From Nemertoderma westbladi (taxonomy: Eukaryota > Animalia > Xenacoelomorpha): 64,000 nucleotides of DNA. The notes under the pieces were generated by a model, which searched no databases, was not told the origin of the DNA, and saw only the letters and a list, made by a program, of their open reading frames with translations. Where the stretch lies: the NCBI GenBank assembly GCA_032718475.1, contig JAUCBJ010001372.1, positions 2,706 through 66,705 on the forward strand, in the 5' to 3' direction. This document shows, piece after piece, positions 11,139 through 24,267 of this stretch (position 1 is the first letter of the stretch; each line of letters opens with the position of its first letter). The translations under genes were made by a program, and so were the position numbers.

Positions 11139-11840
11139 GTTCCCAGGGCCGAGGGAGAGAAACTGGGACTTGGACGTGGTACGCCTGGAAGGCGCCGCGT
11201 GGGACGTACGAACTATTAAGTACAAATCTAATTAATGCAAATAATCATATAAGTGCAATTTGTATGTACGTACGTAGTAATTAGTAATCTACAAATATAC
11301 GTTCGGAGTAAGTACTATAGTCATACAACCTTTCTCAATTAGCTACTGGGACTGGGGGGATAACTGACTATGGCACTATGGACGAGACACCAGACAATTT
11401 CACACTTCTTGAGTGCGACGGCACAAGAGGGGAGGGAGATTCGTCAGAAGGGATGAAGCAGTCGAAGTGGGGTTGAGGAACGGAACAATAGTGCGAAGTG
11501 CGGAGAGAGTGCGGACGCAATTCTAGTGTGTGGGGGGGGGGGAGAATAAGAGGCTGAGTGAGGGACGAGGAGGTCCGAGGGTATGAGAGAGTTAGGGTGA
11601 GAGTGGAGAAGAGATAGGGCGAAAGTGTTGGGGAAACAAAAGTCGCGTGAGAGGTGAGCGCGATTGGCCCGACATGAGACGCCAGGCATATAGGGTAGCG
11701 TTATCATACCCATAGGGAGCGGCCTGGAAAGCCGGCTCCGAGAGAAAAGAATTCCACCCCACACCCGATACTAGATCGGGATCCAGCGGGATTGTAGCGC
11801 ACTTAAGGTGGATGCTATCTTCTCACCGGGAAGATAGCAT

Positions 11841-11849
11841 GGGGGGGAG
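11841..11849 (+). promoter_or_regulatory. Polypurine tract of Bel/Pao element
   Basis: GGGGGGGAG directly abuts the 3' LTR start at 11850. Confidence 0.9.
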
Positions 11850-12396
11850 TGTTAGCTTATTCAATCCCGCTAACACCCCATAAAGTTAAGCCGATAAGCA
11901 ATATTGGGGGCCACGAGATTGGGTAATCAACCAACTCGTGCCACCCCAACAAAATGGGAAGGAGAAACACAATGAGGGTCAGGGGCCAAACCCCTAACCC
12001 AGAGAGAACAGGTGGAGTGAACGGAAACACTCCAAAGGGCGCCAACAAGGGTATCAACCAATCAGAGGGGGGAAAGGCATCGATTAGGTAGAGTAACAAG
12101 GCCAACCGTGCAATATAGCCACTTGGCAGTAATCATTTCAGTTCAGTTATCTCAGTATCATATTGGTGCTAGTTAGGTTAGTTAGTTTAGCTAGGGAAGG
12201 ACCGGGACTTTAATTACCGTATCCCGCCTTCTGTATACGACAACATTATCCATATACCTATATCTATATACCCTATATCTATATCAGTTATTATATACGA
12301 CGAACGACACGAACTCCTAATACCTTTCATACACACGGCGGGGACGCGTAAACTAAACAACTGGATAAACCGGGATCCTTCCTGGATCCCGTCACA
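11850..12396 (+). repeat. 3' LTR of Bel/Pao element
   Basis: Near-identical to 1254-1800, followed by TSD TTTAC. Confidence 0.97.
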
Positions 12397-12519
12397 TTTA
12401 CTTTGTTTGTATGGAGAGATGAAAACATTTATTGTACTTTGCCATATTGTAAAACAAATAAATTGACAGTGCCAGTTGCCTGCTGCCATGTTTTCCTCTA
12501 TTTTATTGACATTCAACTC

Positions 12520-12830
12520 CTATGTATGCTCATTGATCCCACCACTCTAGAAACATGCGCAAAGCTGCATAATGCTTCGCAGGACATTGCTTTCGTCGTG
12601 AGGACCAGCCTGTGAACAATCTAGTGCTTTGGCAGCCTCAAGGAGAAAATAAGCAGGTGGACCTGGACACTGGACAGCGCATGATTTTTGTGAGACGCCT
12701 CTTAATTAATGGACACACACTGACTGGCATTGCAGATGCGGATAGTCTCGCGAAAAGTCATGGATGAGAGTTGTGGAGGAACAATTTTGTCAATAAGCCG
12801 GCATAGCTTCTTAACTCATGCTGATAAATT
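12520..12830 (+). mobile_element. Degenerate 3' end of an RTE-like LINE
   Basis: Encodes FAGHCFRREDQPVNNLVLWQP; homologous to the copies at ~35880-36270, ~45265-45320 and 47380-47747. Confidence 0.7.
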
Positions 12831-13083
12831 TAATAGCTACCAATACCATAGTATTGTGGGAGATGGTATAATCTAGAACACTACCGGTAATATACAAACA
12901 AAACACAAAAAAAATTTAGGCATACTTAGTATACTAATGTCCACCAAGTTATCCTATGCAAAATCCCACTGGTAATCCACTAAATTTTCCAAATGTGTGG
13001 CTTTTTGAACCCACGTTAGCGAAGTTCCATTGAGTAAGATATTAATTGTAGGGTCTTTCCACGTTTTGGAAAACGGGATTCAC

Positions 13084-13335
13084 TTAGATTTGCTTTTTAA
13101 ATGGTTCGGGTTGGCGAATGCAGTACAGATCGATACCATCCTCGGAAGCCCCACAATGGAGCGGGTAAATCAAATATATATTGTCAGCATATACCAACAC
13201 CCCTAAGTAATGAGTAACTATGTGACACCCTATACCTGATTTACGAAAACGCAGAATAAGCTTGTTCAGTACTATGTAGAACAATATTGAGGAGTCAACT
13301 GATCCCTGTTTTACTCAATTTGAAATGCTGAAGTA
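13084..13335 (-). pseudogene. Reverse transcriptase fragment of an L2/CR1-group LINE
   Basis: VKQG..S.ILF...L...SGIGCHI...YLGVLVYAD(N) motif series. Confidence 0.75.
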
Positions 13336-14579
13336 ACTTTAATAAAGAATTACCTCCCTGTACATTTTATTATTAGCAACTTAATTTTATTTCCCAACGT
13401 ACCTCAGTTATTCTCAGTGATTCTGATAATATTGAATGATATTTATTCTGATTTTTATTAATTTATTTATAATAAATAAATATATAATAAATTTAAATAA
13501 ATTTATAAAATAAATTTATAAAATAAAATAAATTTATAATAAATAATTTATTATGCCTATTATGCAAGTTTCATGTTGCCAATGTAAATTGGATGGCGGT
13601 AGATGTAAGTGCGGATGCGTAGATGCGGTGCAAGTGCACAAAACAAGGCACACCATTTTAAAAAATAACAACTCAAATTATTGTGTTATGTATTCAATCC
13701 AGTATATCAACTGAAGTGATTATACAACTGCACACAAGATGTACGTACAGGAAGAGCAACAATAGAACGGAAGTTTGTGCAATTAATTCAGGTGAAATCA
13801 AACTACTATTCTGAAACGAGTTTTATATATGTATCCGTTTTGCACGATATTTTAGAATTATTTTTATCAACGAGTTGTTTATATTTAATTTAATAATAAT
13901 AAATTGTTTTATTCACACATTGAACCAAAGTAATACTGTACATATGTAAATTATTATAAATATTATGAAATATGTTTTATAGAGTAGCCTATCGTATTTC
14001 AATATCATTGTTTAATAGTTGCGTTTATCACCAGTGCAATAAGATGAAATCCGATAAATATATTTACCCCGGTATGGGGGTGTTGATTGTCTTTAAAAAA
14101 AAAGAAACGGGATATCAGAAATCGGCACATTTAATTCGTAAAATTAGCTAGATCTGTGTTAACATCTTGATTCTAAAGTTTGGAGTAAATGGATTCAAAT
14201 TGTTTCACAATCTCAGAGACCTCTAAACTTATATTTATAGTGTTTCTGTGAATAGGGCTACCACGACGTAATTATTTATTTCATTAAATAAGTTTTATTT
14301 TGTTCGTAAGATAGGTGCATTTGTCTTTGAAAACGGTGTCTTTGTTATGATTAGTTCGTCGTAGGGCTTATTTATACTGAGCCCTAGTTACACGTTGCAT
14401 GTTAAACAAGTCGGAATTTCTATTTATATCTGGTCTTCCTTCCATTGGACACCCAGACATTGTGTCAAAAAATGGTGCCATCTCGAACTCAACTCAACTC
14501 GGGATAGGCCCCCGGACCTTTATTAACAGATTCACCCAATGCACATAAATAATAATTTTAATAATTAATATTAAATAAG

Positions 14580-14721
14580 TGAACAAGTGCTATTTCTAAT
14601 TATAGTTTATTAATTCAGAAATGATACATATCTATATATTAATTTAGTATACCGGTATTTTAGTACAGCAGTATATATGTGCTGACTTAGGCCTAGGGCC
14701 TACCTAGTACAGTATGTAATA
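14580..14721 (-). repeat. 3' LTR of Gypsy element
   Basis: Direct repeat of 20094-20235, adjacent to PPT and TSD. Confidence 0.93.
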
Positions 14722-14996
14722 TCCCCCCCATGACAACGATATTGCTGTTTCACGAAATGGGACAGCTGTTGAGATGTCAGAATTGTTTTATCCTGAGATC
14801 ATAGGAGAGTCTGTAAAATATCGATTATAAATTTGATCCTAAATGTAAATATATGTCATGGTAGGATCCATTAACAAAATGAACTATCTACTAAACTTTG
14901 GAATTTCACCCATCACCAAACTCTCTAAAATACATAGGCAAGGTACTAAGTATTGTATATGATTATATCGCAGTTAGCAATAAACATGATTTAAAG

Positions 14997-15799
14997 TTAT
15001 ATATTTATAAACTTCCTAAAGTTTGAATTAGTGAAGATTCTGCTCTTCTGAGTAGATTTGAGAAGCTCAGCAGAAGATATTGTGTTGCTGCTGTTGATCC
15101 AAGCTTCATTCCCATGCAGCCTTTCAGGTGGAATCCCTGCATTTGATCTGGTAGATCTTCTCAGCCCGGGTTCATTCATTGTATTTTTGGTTAGTGGTTG
15201 AGGCCTTGCCTGGGGAGGCTTGGCCTGTTTATCCTTGATAGGAGTAGGAGGTGTTTGTAATCCCGTGTTTGATGGTGATGTCAGTTTCGCCGGTGTTGAT
15301 GGTTGATGTGATATACTGCACTGGGACTAGCTTCCCTAGCACTTTTCAAAGGTGACTGTAACTGATCACAGACTATTTTCGCCCGATTCACATCAGAGGG
15401 CATGACATGGGTAGGGCTATCCTCTTCCCTATCTTTAGGCATTGAATTGGCTGTAGGAGTGGCCTGCTGTTGATATTTGCTGTCATATGCGGTTTGAGGT
15501 AGTTGAGGTGGATCTTGGCATGCCTGATGATGTTTTGAGTCTATAGTGGCTGGGGTGTTAGCGGGTGTTCCCCAGTTAGGTACGACCATCCTTGTAGTTG
15601 GGTGTCCATAGTTAAAAGGATCTATTTTTCGCAGAAATCTTCTGTTCCGGAGGGTTAATCTACGCGAACCCTCCAAACATACAACATATTGATCATTATC
15701 CCTAGTCTCCATGATTCGACCAGTGCGGTCCCACCTGGTGGGATTGTTTCCTGACTGATTCTGGACCCGAACAATGTCACCCACCAGGAGGACAGGTAA
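14997..15799 (-). pseudogene. Integrase C-terminal tail of Gypsy pol beyond an in-frame TAA
   Basis: After TAA at 15800-15802 the same frame reads LPVLLVGDIVRVQNQ..RWDRTG..RNRRFLR, then a P/Q-rich tail and LRRSTR...P.RL in another frame. Confidence 0.75.
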
Positions 15800-18700
15800 T
15801 TACTTGGATTTTGCATCTAGTTTTTCCCATTGTTTAGCAAGTCTGGTGCGGAGGGCAATCTCCTTCTCATTCCAAGTGTCCTTCCATGTCTGATGCACCT
15901 GACTCTGTGGCCCAAATACCTGTTCATTTGGAGGTAGAGGGAGAGTATCCCTCAGGGTTTTGCCTAAGAGGACTTGAGCTGGCGACATGCCACTATCTTG
16001 CTCAGGTGTGTTTCTAAACTGCAACACACCACGTAGGAACTCATCTGTGTTCAGGTCACCTGAGTCGCTGGTGTTGTCCCTAAGAAGCCTCTTCATAGAC
16101 TTAACTGCCACCTCAGCCCTACCATTTGACTGTGCAAAGTATGCTGATGATTGCCTGTGTGCTACACCCCATCTCTTAAGAAAATCTGTAAATTCCTTAG
16201 CTGCGAACTCAGGGCCCCCATCACTCGAAATTTCTATTGGAACTCCATATGCTCCAAAAAGTAGTCGTAATGCCTGTGTGAGACCTTGGGATCCACAATT
16301 CTCATTCTTTCTTGTGATATGGAATATACTCGGCCAATTTGTGAATCTGTCAACAGTGACCAAGTAGTAATTACCTTTGAGGTGGAAGTAGTCAGCGGCA
16401 ATGGATTCAAATGGCATGGAAGGGGTTGTAGGCTCAGCAGGAGGCAAGCTTGACTGGCTGGGAGCAATAGAATCACATGTGGTGCATTTTGACCGGATAG
16501 TCTGTATATCTGAAGTAATCCCTGGCCAGAACACTGATGCCATAGCTCTACCTGTCATTTGAGTTGTCCCCTGGTGTGCTCCATGAAGGTGTTCGCAGAC
16601 CTCATCACGGAGGCTCGGTGGAATAACCACACGGTCTTTATACATTACAACACCGTCTGTGACAGATAAATCATCCCGGTATTTCCAGTACTGGATCAGC
16701 TGTGGGGACAGATTGCTTGCCCTCTCAGGGAAACCATTTTCTGCCATATCTATAAGCTGAAGAAGATGAATGTCTTTGTTTGTCTCATCTCTGACCCTTT
16801 CCCAAGTTACTGCCTTAAGCTTGTCTAAACCAGACCTGGCAGCGGCAATAATGGCATCCTCAATGTCATCTATTTCACGAATAACTCTGATGGTTGCTAG
16901 GCAATCATCTTCAATGCCTATGAGAGTTTCGTCAGCCTCTAAGTTGCTAGGGTTTCTCGATGTTGCATCAGGGGCAGGGATATTTTTCCCAGGTACATGG
17001 AAGATTCTGAATCTCCATGACATTGTTTTCTCCTTCAAGCTAAGAATTCTTCTGTTTGTTATCTCATCCAGTAACCTGTCACCAAGTATTTTGATAAGTG
17101 GTTTGTGGTCAGTCTGGATAATAAGATCTGCGCATCCCCATGTAAAGAACTTAGTATCCTCTAGTGACCATGCAACAGCGAGACATTCACCCTCTATAGG
17201 CCAGTAGTTTTCCTCAGCCTTCTTGAGGAACCGTGAACCTGCTAGTGTTATCCTCCAGCCACTTGGACAACATGTAGTAATGTCAGAATTACATTCACAG
17301 TATTTCTGGTAAAGGAAGTAACCAATCCCCTTCTTGCACCAGTCTGGGCTAAGGCAGGTCTTCCTCGATGGGTCAAATATTTCTACACCCTCTATGATAG
17401 CCTGGCTTATCTCCAACTTAGACTGAATAAAAGAAGCCTCCAGGTCATCATTCCAGTGGAATCTTGTCTTTGGACTGAGGAGAGGCTTGAATGGGGACAT
17501 AAGGCCTGTGAGACGACCATAGTGTGAGACCTGGTTGACCAGGCCAAACCATGCACGAACATCAGTTATGTTGGTAGGTCGTGGGAAATTCTTGATTGAG
17601 TCAATATACTTGGGGAGTGGCTTGACATTGTTATTGGTAAGAAGGAATCCTGCAAACTCCACAGACTTTTGGCAGAATTGGAATTTCTTGGGATTTAGGA
17701 TTATCCCATGTTTCCCCACGAGGTCCAGGTAGTCCATAATCCTTCTCCAATGTGTCTCCAAGTCATTGTCCCATAAAATTGTGTCATCGACACATTTCGA
17801 CTTTCTTTCTACATCAGCTATGAGCTTATCATATCGCATGTTGTACCCATCACCACTGGAAAGGTACCCCTGGGGGGCAACATTGTAATGGTATCGACCA
17901 TTCTCTGTGATAAAGGTTGTGAGGTGTCGGTCCTCTTCCTTTAATGGGACAGAGTGATATCCATTCCAGGCATCAGTTACTGTTCTGTATGTATTGCTGG
18001 GTACAATCCGTGCCTGTTTGAATGGTGGAATCAAGTGGTATGATTCTCTGATGCAAACTTTGTTAAGTGGTCTGAGGTCAATGGTCCTTCGAGGTGAACC
18101 ATCCGGCTTCGGCACAACATGCATTCTGTGACACCAGGTGGTAGGTGTCCCTGGCTTTACTTTAGACAAAACTCCTAGAGCCTCATCCTGATCAAGCAGA
18201 GCCTGGACCTCCTCTCTCCAATGGATTGGCACAGTTGCAGCAGTGTGCACTGCATGTGGAGTGGCCTCTGGGTCAATATGTATTGAAATAGGTGGGCCAG
18301 ACATCATGGGCAGACGTTGGTGCGGACACCTATTGAATGTGGATGCAGAATAGTGTTCCAATAGCCATTGACGCATCTTAGTGATATTTTCCTCCCTGGC
18401 AGGGAAGGGAAATTCCTTTGGTTGGGGTGGTGGCTGTTGGTGATAAGGGCATCCACATGGAGCTGTTCCATTCAAACCAATACTACCTTTGGCATTGTCA
18501 CTGACTCCACATACTGATGCAGACCCAATCTTAGGAAAATCATTTCCAATTATCTGGAGTTGTTGCATAGCCTGTTTACTCAGGTAGAACAGAGATGTTG
18601 AGTCAGTTACATATGCCATTATTGCTGTTTGGAGTTTTTTACCACTATCAGGGTTGACTCCGGATATGCGTAGGAAGATGGCTCCTAGTATATGGATCTC

Positions 18701-20007
18701 CTCATGGTTGATAGCCCGTAGCCTATTCTTTACATGTGCTAAGTCTTTCTTCTTGAGTCCTAGGTGGTGTAGCATCTTTAGACCAATGAGGTTGGATTGG
18801 GCACCTGTGTCAGTTATAGCTTCAATTGATGTGGGCCTTATCTTAGGGAAAGGAAGCCGGAGGTGGCTATAGTCAGATTGGTCAGTAGTCACTATCAAAT
18901 TTATCCGTGGCTGGGAACTAGCTGCTGCATTTTTCCAACCATCGGTACCATCGAAAATAAAATTGTCCAAACCCACTGTAGGATGGCCTTCTCTAGTTGA
19001 GGCCAGTTCAAACTTCATTGACGACATGAAGTTGAAAAAAGCATTGTTTTCTGGGATGGTTGAATTGGATTTTGTGCTCATTGTCATAGCTTTCCGACTA
19101 TTGGACTGTCGCCAGCAGGCTTTGCATTTGGGAAAGGTAAGGAGTTTGTCATCTTTCCCCTTGCTGCCCAAGCGTATTTTGTGTTTGAGAAACTCTTTTC
19201 CACATTCCTCACACTTTGCTTTCAATAGGAGTCTTTTATCATTTGGATGAATCTTTTTGAAACTGAATGTGGCTGCTTGGTTTGATTCATGGCCTGGTTG
19301 AGGGGCTATAGATCTGATGGCACGCTCCTTTGTTTCAATTAAGGCAATTGTGTCGACCAGACTCATTTCATCCATTTTGTCAGTCCCAAGGACTTCAAGC
19401 TTGATATCTTCATCTGCCAGTCCTGTTATAACGACTAATTTAATGATAGCTTGACTGTAGTCGACCTTCAGATTACAACCGCCACATGTCTGAGTGAATC
19501 CACAGGTCTGGGCCTTTCCCCTAACCCTGGCAGCAAACACACGAATTCGTTCACCATGGTCTTGTCGCAGTGACAGTAATTCTGTCTGTTGGACAGAAAT
19601 GGCCACAGAGACAACTGCCAGCTTTTTAATGGCTGCCAATAATTCAGCCTCTGACTTTGTGTGTGCAGTGGGATCATCCCTATGGATGTCTGACTTGAGG
19701 TCACTATCACAGCAGTTTAACAGGTGGACTGGAAGGGAAGCTGGGTTTATAGTTGTTGCCGACTTGAATATTTCCCACTCCCGCTCAAATGCATTCCAGC
19801 TATCCTCATAGATTCCCCCCTTAACCTTAGGTGCCTCAATCTTGGGAGCCTTTTGCTTTGCCGCTGGTGCGGTAGCCTCAGCGTGATCGGCATCAGGTGG
19901 GTGGGTGGACTGTAGGTGGTGCTGGAGCATTACTGCCCCGGCAGCGTCAGCGACGTCCGGGGTCCTAAACCCACAGTTATGGCGATGTGGCAACGAATAG
20001 TCGGCAT
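15800..20007 (-). CDS. pol: Gypsy Gag-Pol polyprotein
   Basis: DTGA protease; DAWNGY, APQG, CVDD RT; DWCKKGIG/EGECLAV/TDHKPL RNase H; H-x2-H...CTTC and ADYF/SDGGPEF/NGRAE integrase. Likely true ATG at 20007 (MPTIRC) with a frameshift near 19980. Confidence 0.95.
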
Positions 20008-20093
20008 TTTCAATAAGTGCTTACTTCTAGGTCTAGCCTGAACGCTGAACATATAGCATTTCAAATCACCATATCATTACAGTATATGTATCA

Positions 20094-20235
20094 TGAACAA
20101 GTGTTATTTCTAATTATAGTTTATTAATTCAGAAATGATACATATCTATATATTAATTTAGTATACCGGTATTTTAGTACAGCAGTATATATGTGATGTC
20201 TTAGGCCTAGGGCCTACCTAGTACAGTATGTAATA
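20094..20235 (-). repeat. 5' LTR of Gypsy element
   Basis: Direct repeat of 14580-14721; on the element strand the ends are TA...CA. Confidence 0.93.
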
Positions 20236-21879
20236 ATAAGGTGGTTAAAGGGGGTGGGGGGGGGGGGGGGGGGGTTGCGTACACTAAAAGTCGTATTTTA
20301 AGTTTATTGTTATTTATTGGTCTCGAATAGCGAAATGGCATCATCTCTATAGAATCTCGAATATACTTATGCTACTTTCACACTGTAATATACGACTTTT
20401 GTTATTCTCGCTGTTCTTTCGATATATGTTGTTTACCTTGCTGTTCTTATCTTTGTTATATAATATTAAAATTATTAAAAATATAATTTTAAATAAAATA
20501 AATAATAATAATAATAATAAAATATAATATTAAAAAATACTAATAAAATGAAAACTATTAATAAAAATTTATAAAAAAACCTTAAATTGTATAATATGTT
20601 TATGGTATTACCTTATATTTTTTACTTCCTTCTATAGGCATAGAATATCTGTTGGCCTAGTTAAATAATTTGAAAATATTAGGCAATGTTATTAGGAACT
20701 GATTATGACAGATACACATATTTGTTAACTACTAACTTTTGTTCGAAATTAAAGTGCTGCCCTCCAATTTCGTTTATATATGATCATTGTATTAAAGGTA
20801 CAATATAGGGATGTGCTGCTAATGAAAAGTTAACTGGCACTCAGATTTGTAACAGAGTACTCAAATTCTTAACTGAATACTCTGATCAGCAAGTGGGGGC
20901 TCAGATGTGTTACTGGGTGCTTGGATTTGAAGATGGGATTCAGATTAATAACTGTGTGCTCAGATTCATAACCCAACACTGATTTGTAACCAAAACGCTG
21001 ATTTAAAAAAAGAGATATTCAAATGTAAAGTTCCTTACGTATAACTGTTTAAACAGGATAATTGAGGAATGCATGTTCTTCATCTTGGGAACAATGTACT
21101 AATTAAGTGTACTGCATAACGAAAACCCTGAATGCTTGATTTGTAGGTATCTCAACTCAACACAATGATTGAATCACATGATTGAAAAATGGGATACCAA
21201 TTAAAACGGGATACCAATTAGAATTTAATTATATTGACCAAAATTCGTACGGCTTTCTCCAAATCATGCATTTTGTTTCACCTGACTTTAATCAAGTTGA
21301 CTTCGAGATGTTTAATTTTGTAGATTGGCTATGTAATCGTCGGATTTATTTTTGCAACTGAAGCATACGACATTGCATTTCCTTAATTTAACACATTTAA
21401 AAGCGTTTCATACCATTGGTTTTGGGGGATTTACTGCTTAAAATTGGACAGTTACAAAATGACAGATGTAATGCAATCAGAGATGCATTTAATAATACCA
21501 GTGATTTAGTGCCGTCACCTTGCCTGAATAAATCGAATAACATTAATTAATTAAGTTAAGATTCCACCTATATCCATACGGTACAATACGTATACAATAC
21601 GTATATAAGTACAGTGCTATTTTATATGCGCGTACTGACTGAATGAATAGCAAACTTTGATTATTTTCCATAGCAACAAAATAGTTATTGGTAGGACTTA
21701 CATAACTACAACCAATTTTAAGTAAGATAGACCTACAGACAGACATACAGACTAACTAGAATTAATTAAAAGTGAAAACTGACCTCAGAAATGAAATCAG
21801 CAACTAGGAAAACCCCTAAAGCAGAAATCTTAGCATGGTTTTGTGGTTTCTTGTTGATATATATTGACAGACATTCTTA

Positions 21880-23060
21880 CATATTAACAAACCGTTTCCT
21901 TGAGCGGGAAGGTTCAAACTTTAACTAGTCGGAATTAGAACGAAAAAAAATTTGATTTTTAAATTGGAAAATTTAAAGCACCAAAATTTCAAGTAGTGAA
22001 CAATTTTCAAAAAATTTGAAAGTTAACATTTTCAGCTAATCTTTTTTCAATAAACCTGGGGTGCTGATCCATCCATCCATCTGATTTCTATAAATGGCTG
22101 TTTAGTCCTCTACGTAGGCAAAAAATGAAAAAAACAAGCAACAAGCACTTTTCAGTTTGAACACAACAATTTTAATTGACTTATACGATGCTATAAAATT
22201 GACATTTTTAGGTTTTCTGGGATGCCGATTCTATTGGAATATATTTATAATTTGCCAGATCATTGCTACTCGTATTTTTCGGCGTAATATGGCTAATTTT
22301 TGTGCTAGAACCAAATTTTGTACCCATCACCAAAACGTACAAGTTTGAGATGTCCAGCGCTGTTTTTATTGATTCTATCGGATTCAGGACCCTCATAAAC
22401 CCGTATAACGCAAGAAACAAGATGATACTATCTATTGATCAATTTGCTTATTTTCAAAAAATTTGGTGCTAGCTAAAAACATTTTCACACTCCGCCGAAA
22501 AATACAAGTTTGAGAACTTCCATTGAATTCAGAACCCTCACAAACCCGTATAACGCAAGAAACAAGGTGACACCTATCAATTGATATATTTGATGGGTTT
22601 CAAAATTTGGTGCTAGCACCAAATTTTGCACCCACTTCCGAAAAATACATGTTTAGGATGTCTAGTTAGATAATTATTTATTGCATTGAATTCAGAACAG
22701 CCATAAACCTCTAAAATGAGAGAAATAAGTTGTCACCATTAATTAAACTATTGAATGTATTTTGAAAATTTTGTGCTGGCACCAAATTTTGAACACAGCA
22801 CCGAAAAAGACAAGTTTGATATTCCTGGTGCAACTCGTATATATTCCATCGAAACCAGAACACTAAAAACCCCTATTGCACTAAAAAAAAGGTTCAAACA
22901 TTTAATTTACAAAATTGACATATTTTAAAATTTGATGCTGGCACCAAAATTCGGCTCTCTCGGAAAAAAACAAGTTTCAAATTTCTAAATTATTTTATAT
23001 GAATTCCATCTAATTACAAACACCAAAACACCGGCGTAGAATTAATAAAAAACATGTATT
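21880..23060. repeat. Non-coding interspersed repeat with ~180-bp internal subrepeats; inverted, diverged copy of ~45480-46700
   Basis: Shared blocks such as ATAAATGGCTGTTTAGTCCTCT, AACCCGTATAACGCAAGAAACAAG, TTTGGTGCTAGCACCAAA. Confidence 0.85.
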
Positions 23061-24267
23061 TCCAGCAATAACATAATTATGAGCTGGGCTTCTGGGATAT
23101 ATTTCAATTAAGGTAGGCAAAGCTGCCAGTCGGAATAACTATTATTCCAATTATTTTAATACTAACTAATAATACCCGAAAACGTTTTATGCGTTTTATG
23201 TAGAATAATCAGTTTAAAAATGTATATATATGATATGTATTAATGTATTCCTGGGTAATTTACATTTTTTCGTTGAGGACGGCATCGTAAAATATTCAGC
23301 ATCTTTGTTTGAAAGGATCCCAAATGATATTTATTTGACATAAGTGGGTTGAACTAATCAATATACCAAATAGCTCTCTCAATTAATTGCCATGCTGTAT
23401 CCATCCACTTGTTATTAACTATTGATTCGTGATGTAGTCACAATCAAATTGCTTGAGATAGTTTCTATAATTTAAGAAGTGGCTCTGCAATTTGGTAACT
23501 TTGGAGGGAATTACAGGTTCATAACAATGAAACTTGGAAAGATCGATTGCTAATTATTGGGGGTCTGGAGGTCAGTTCGATACTGTATGATAGGCAGCTG
23601 TTTCATTTCTATTGAACAATTATTTTCTGCAAAATAATGGTTGATGGTTTGGTTGTGTTTCATTACAAACAATTAAGATATACAGTAAATTCACATTATA
23701 CATTAATTTATATCACGCCATCATATAAAGCAGCATTTTATAATGAAACTGTAGAATAAGGTTTACTCGCCAAACGAAGCGGTAATAAACTAGAGAAGAA
23801 AATTGAAGTACTTTCTTGATACGATGTGATGTTTTTCATTTAGTTTTTCAAACACATAAATATGTATTTCATTCCTAGTAGTAAGTAGTAGTAGTGAGAG
23901 AATTTTGCGGAAAAACACAGCCAATATTCATTAAATCAATTATTTACATCAATAATATTAGCACAAACACAAAGTAAATATGATAAATAGTTTTTATTTA
24001 TTATTAAATGGGGGTTTAAATAATAAACACATCTTAAGCGGTTCACATTTTAGCGGCAAAACTGTAAGACATTATTAATATTATATATAATAAATATAAA
24101 TATAAATAATATATATAATATATTAATACTACATAACGTATTTAACATAATTATTTTTATTACAACCGAAATTATCTCCAACATTTAGTCAGCCCATAAT
24201 TAACACATAAAGGTTCACAGACAACATTTTAGAGATTCCCCGTACTTAGTTCCAATTTAAGCCTAAT

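Larger units (their letters stand above)
1254..12396 (+). mobile_element. Bel/Pao-type LTR retrotransposon, non-autonomous (no RT/RNase H), with extra 3' ORF
   Basis: Two 547-bp TG...CA direct repeats, 5-bp TSD TTTAC (1249-1253, 12397-12401), PPT before the 3' LTR, Pao-type gag/protease motifs. Confidence 0.93.
14580..20235 (-). mobile_element. Ty3/Gypsy LTR retrotransposon (Mag-like), structurally complete
   Basis: 142-bp LTRs at 14580-14721 and 20094-20235 (3 differences seen), TSD ATAAG (14575-14579, 20236-20240), PPT complement TCCCCCCC from 14722, PR-RT-RH-IN domain order. Confidence 0.95.

Noticed and set aside
1254-12396. DIRS/tyrosine-recombinase retroelement interpretation
   Set aside because: Direct TG...CA LTRs, 5-bp TSD, PPT and aspartic protease indicate integrase-type insertion.
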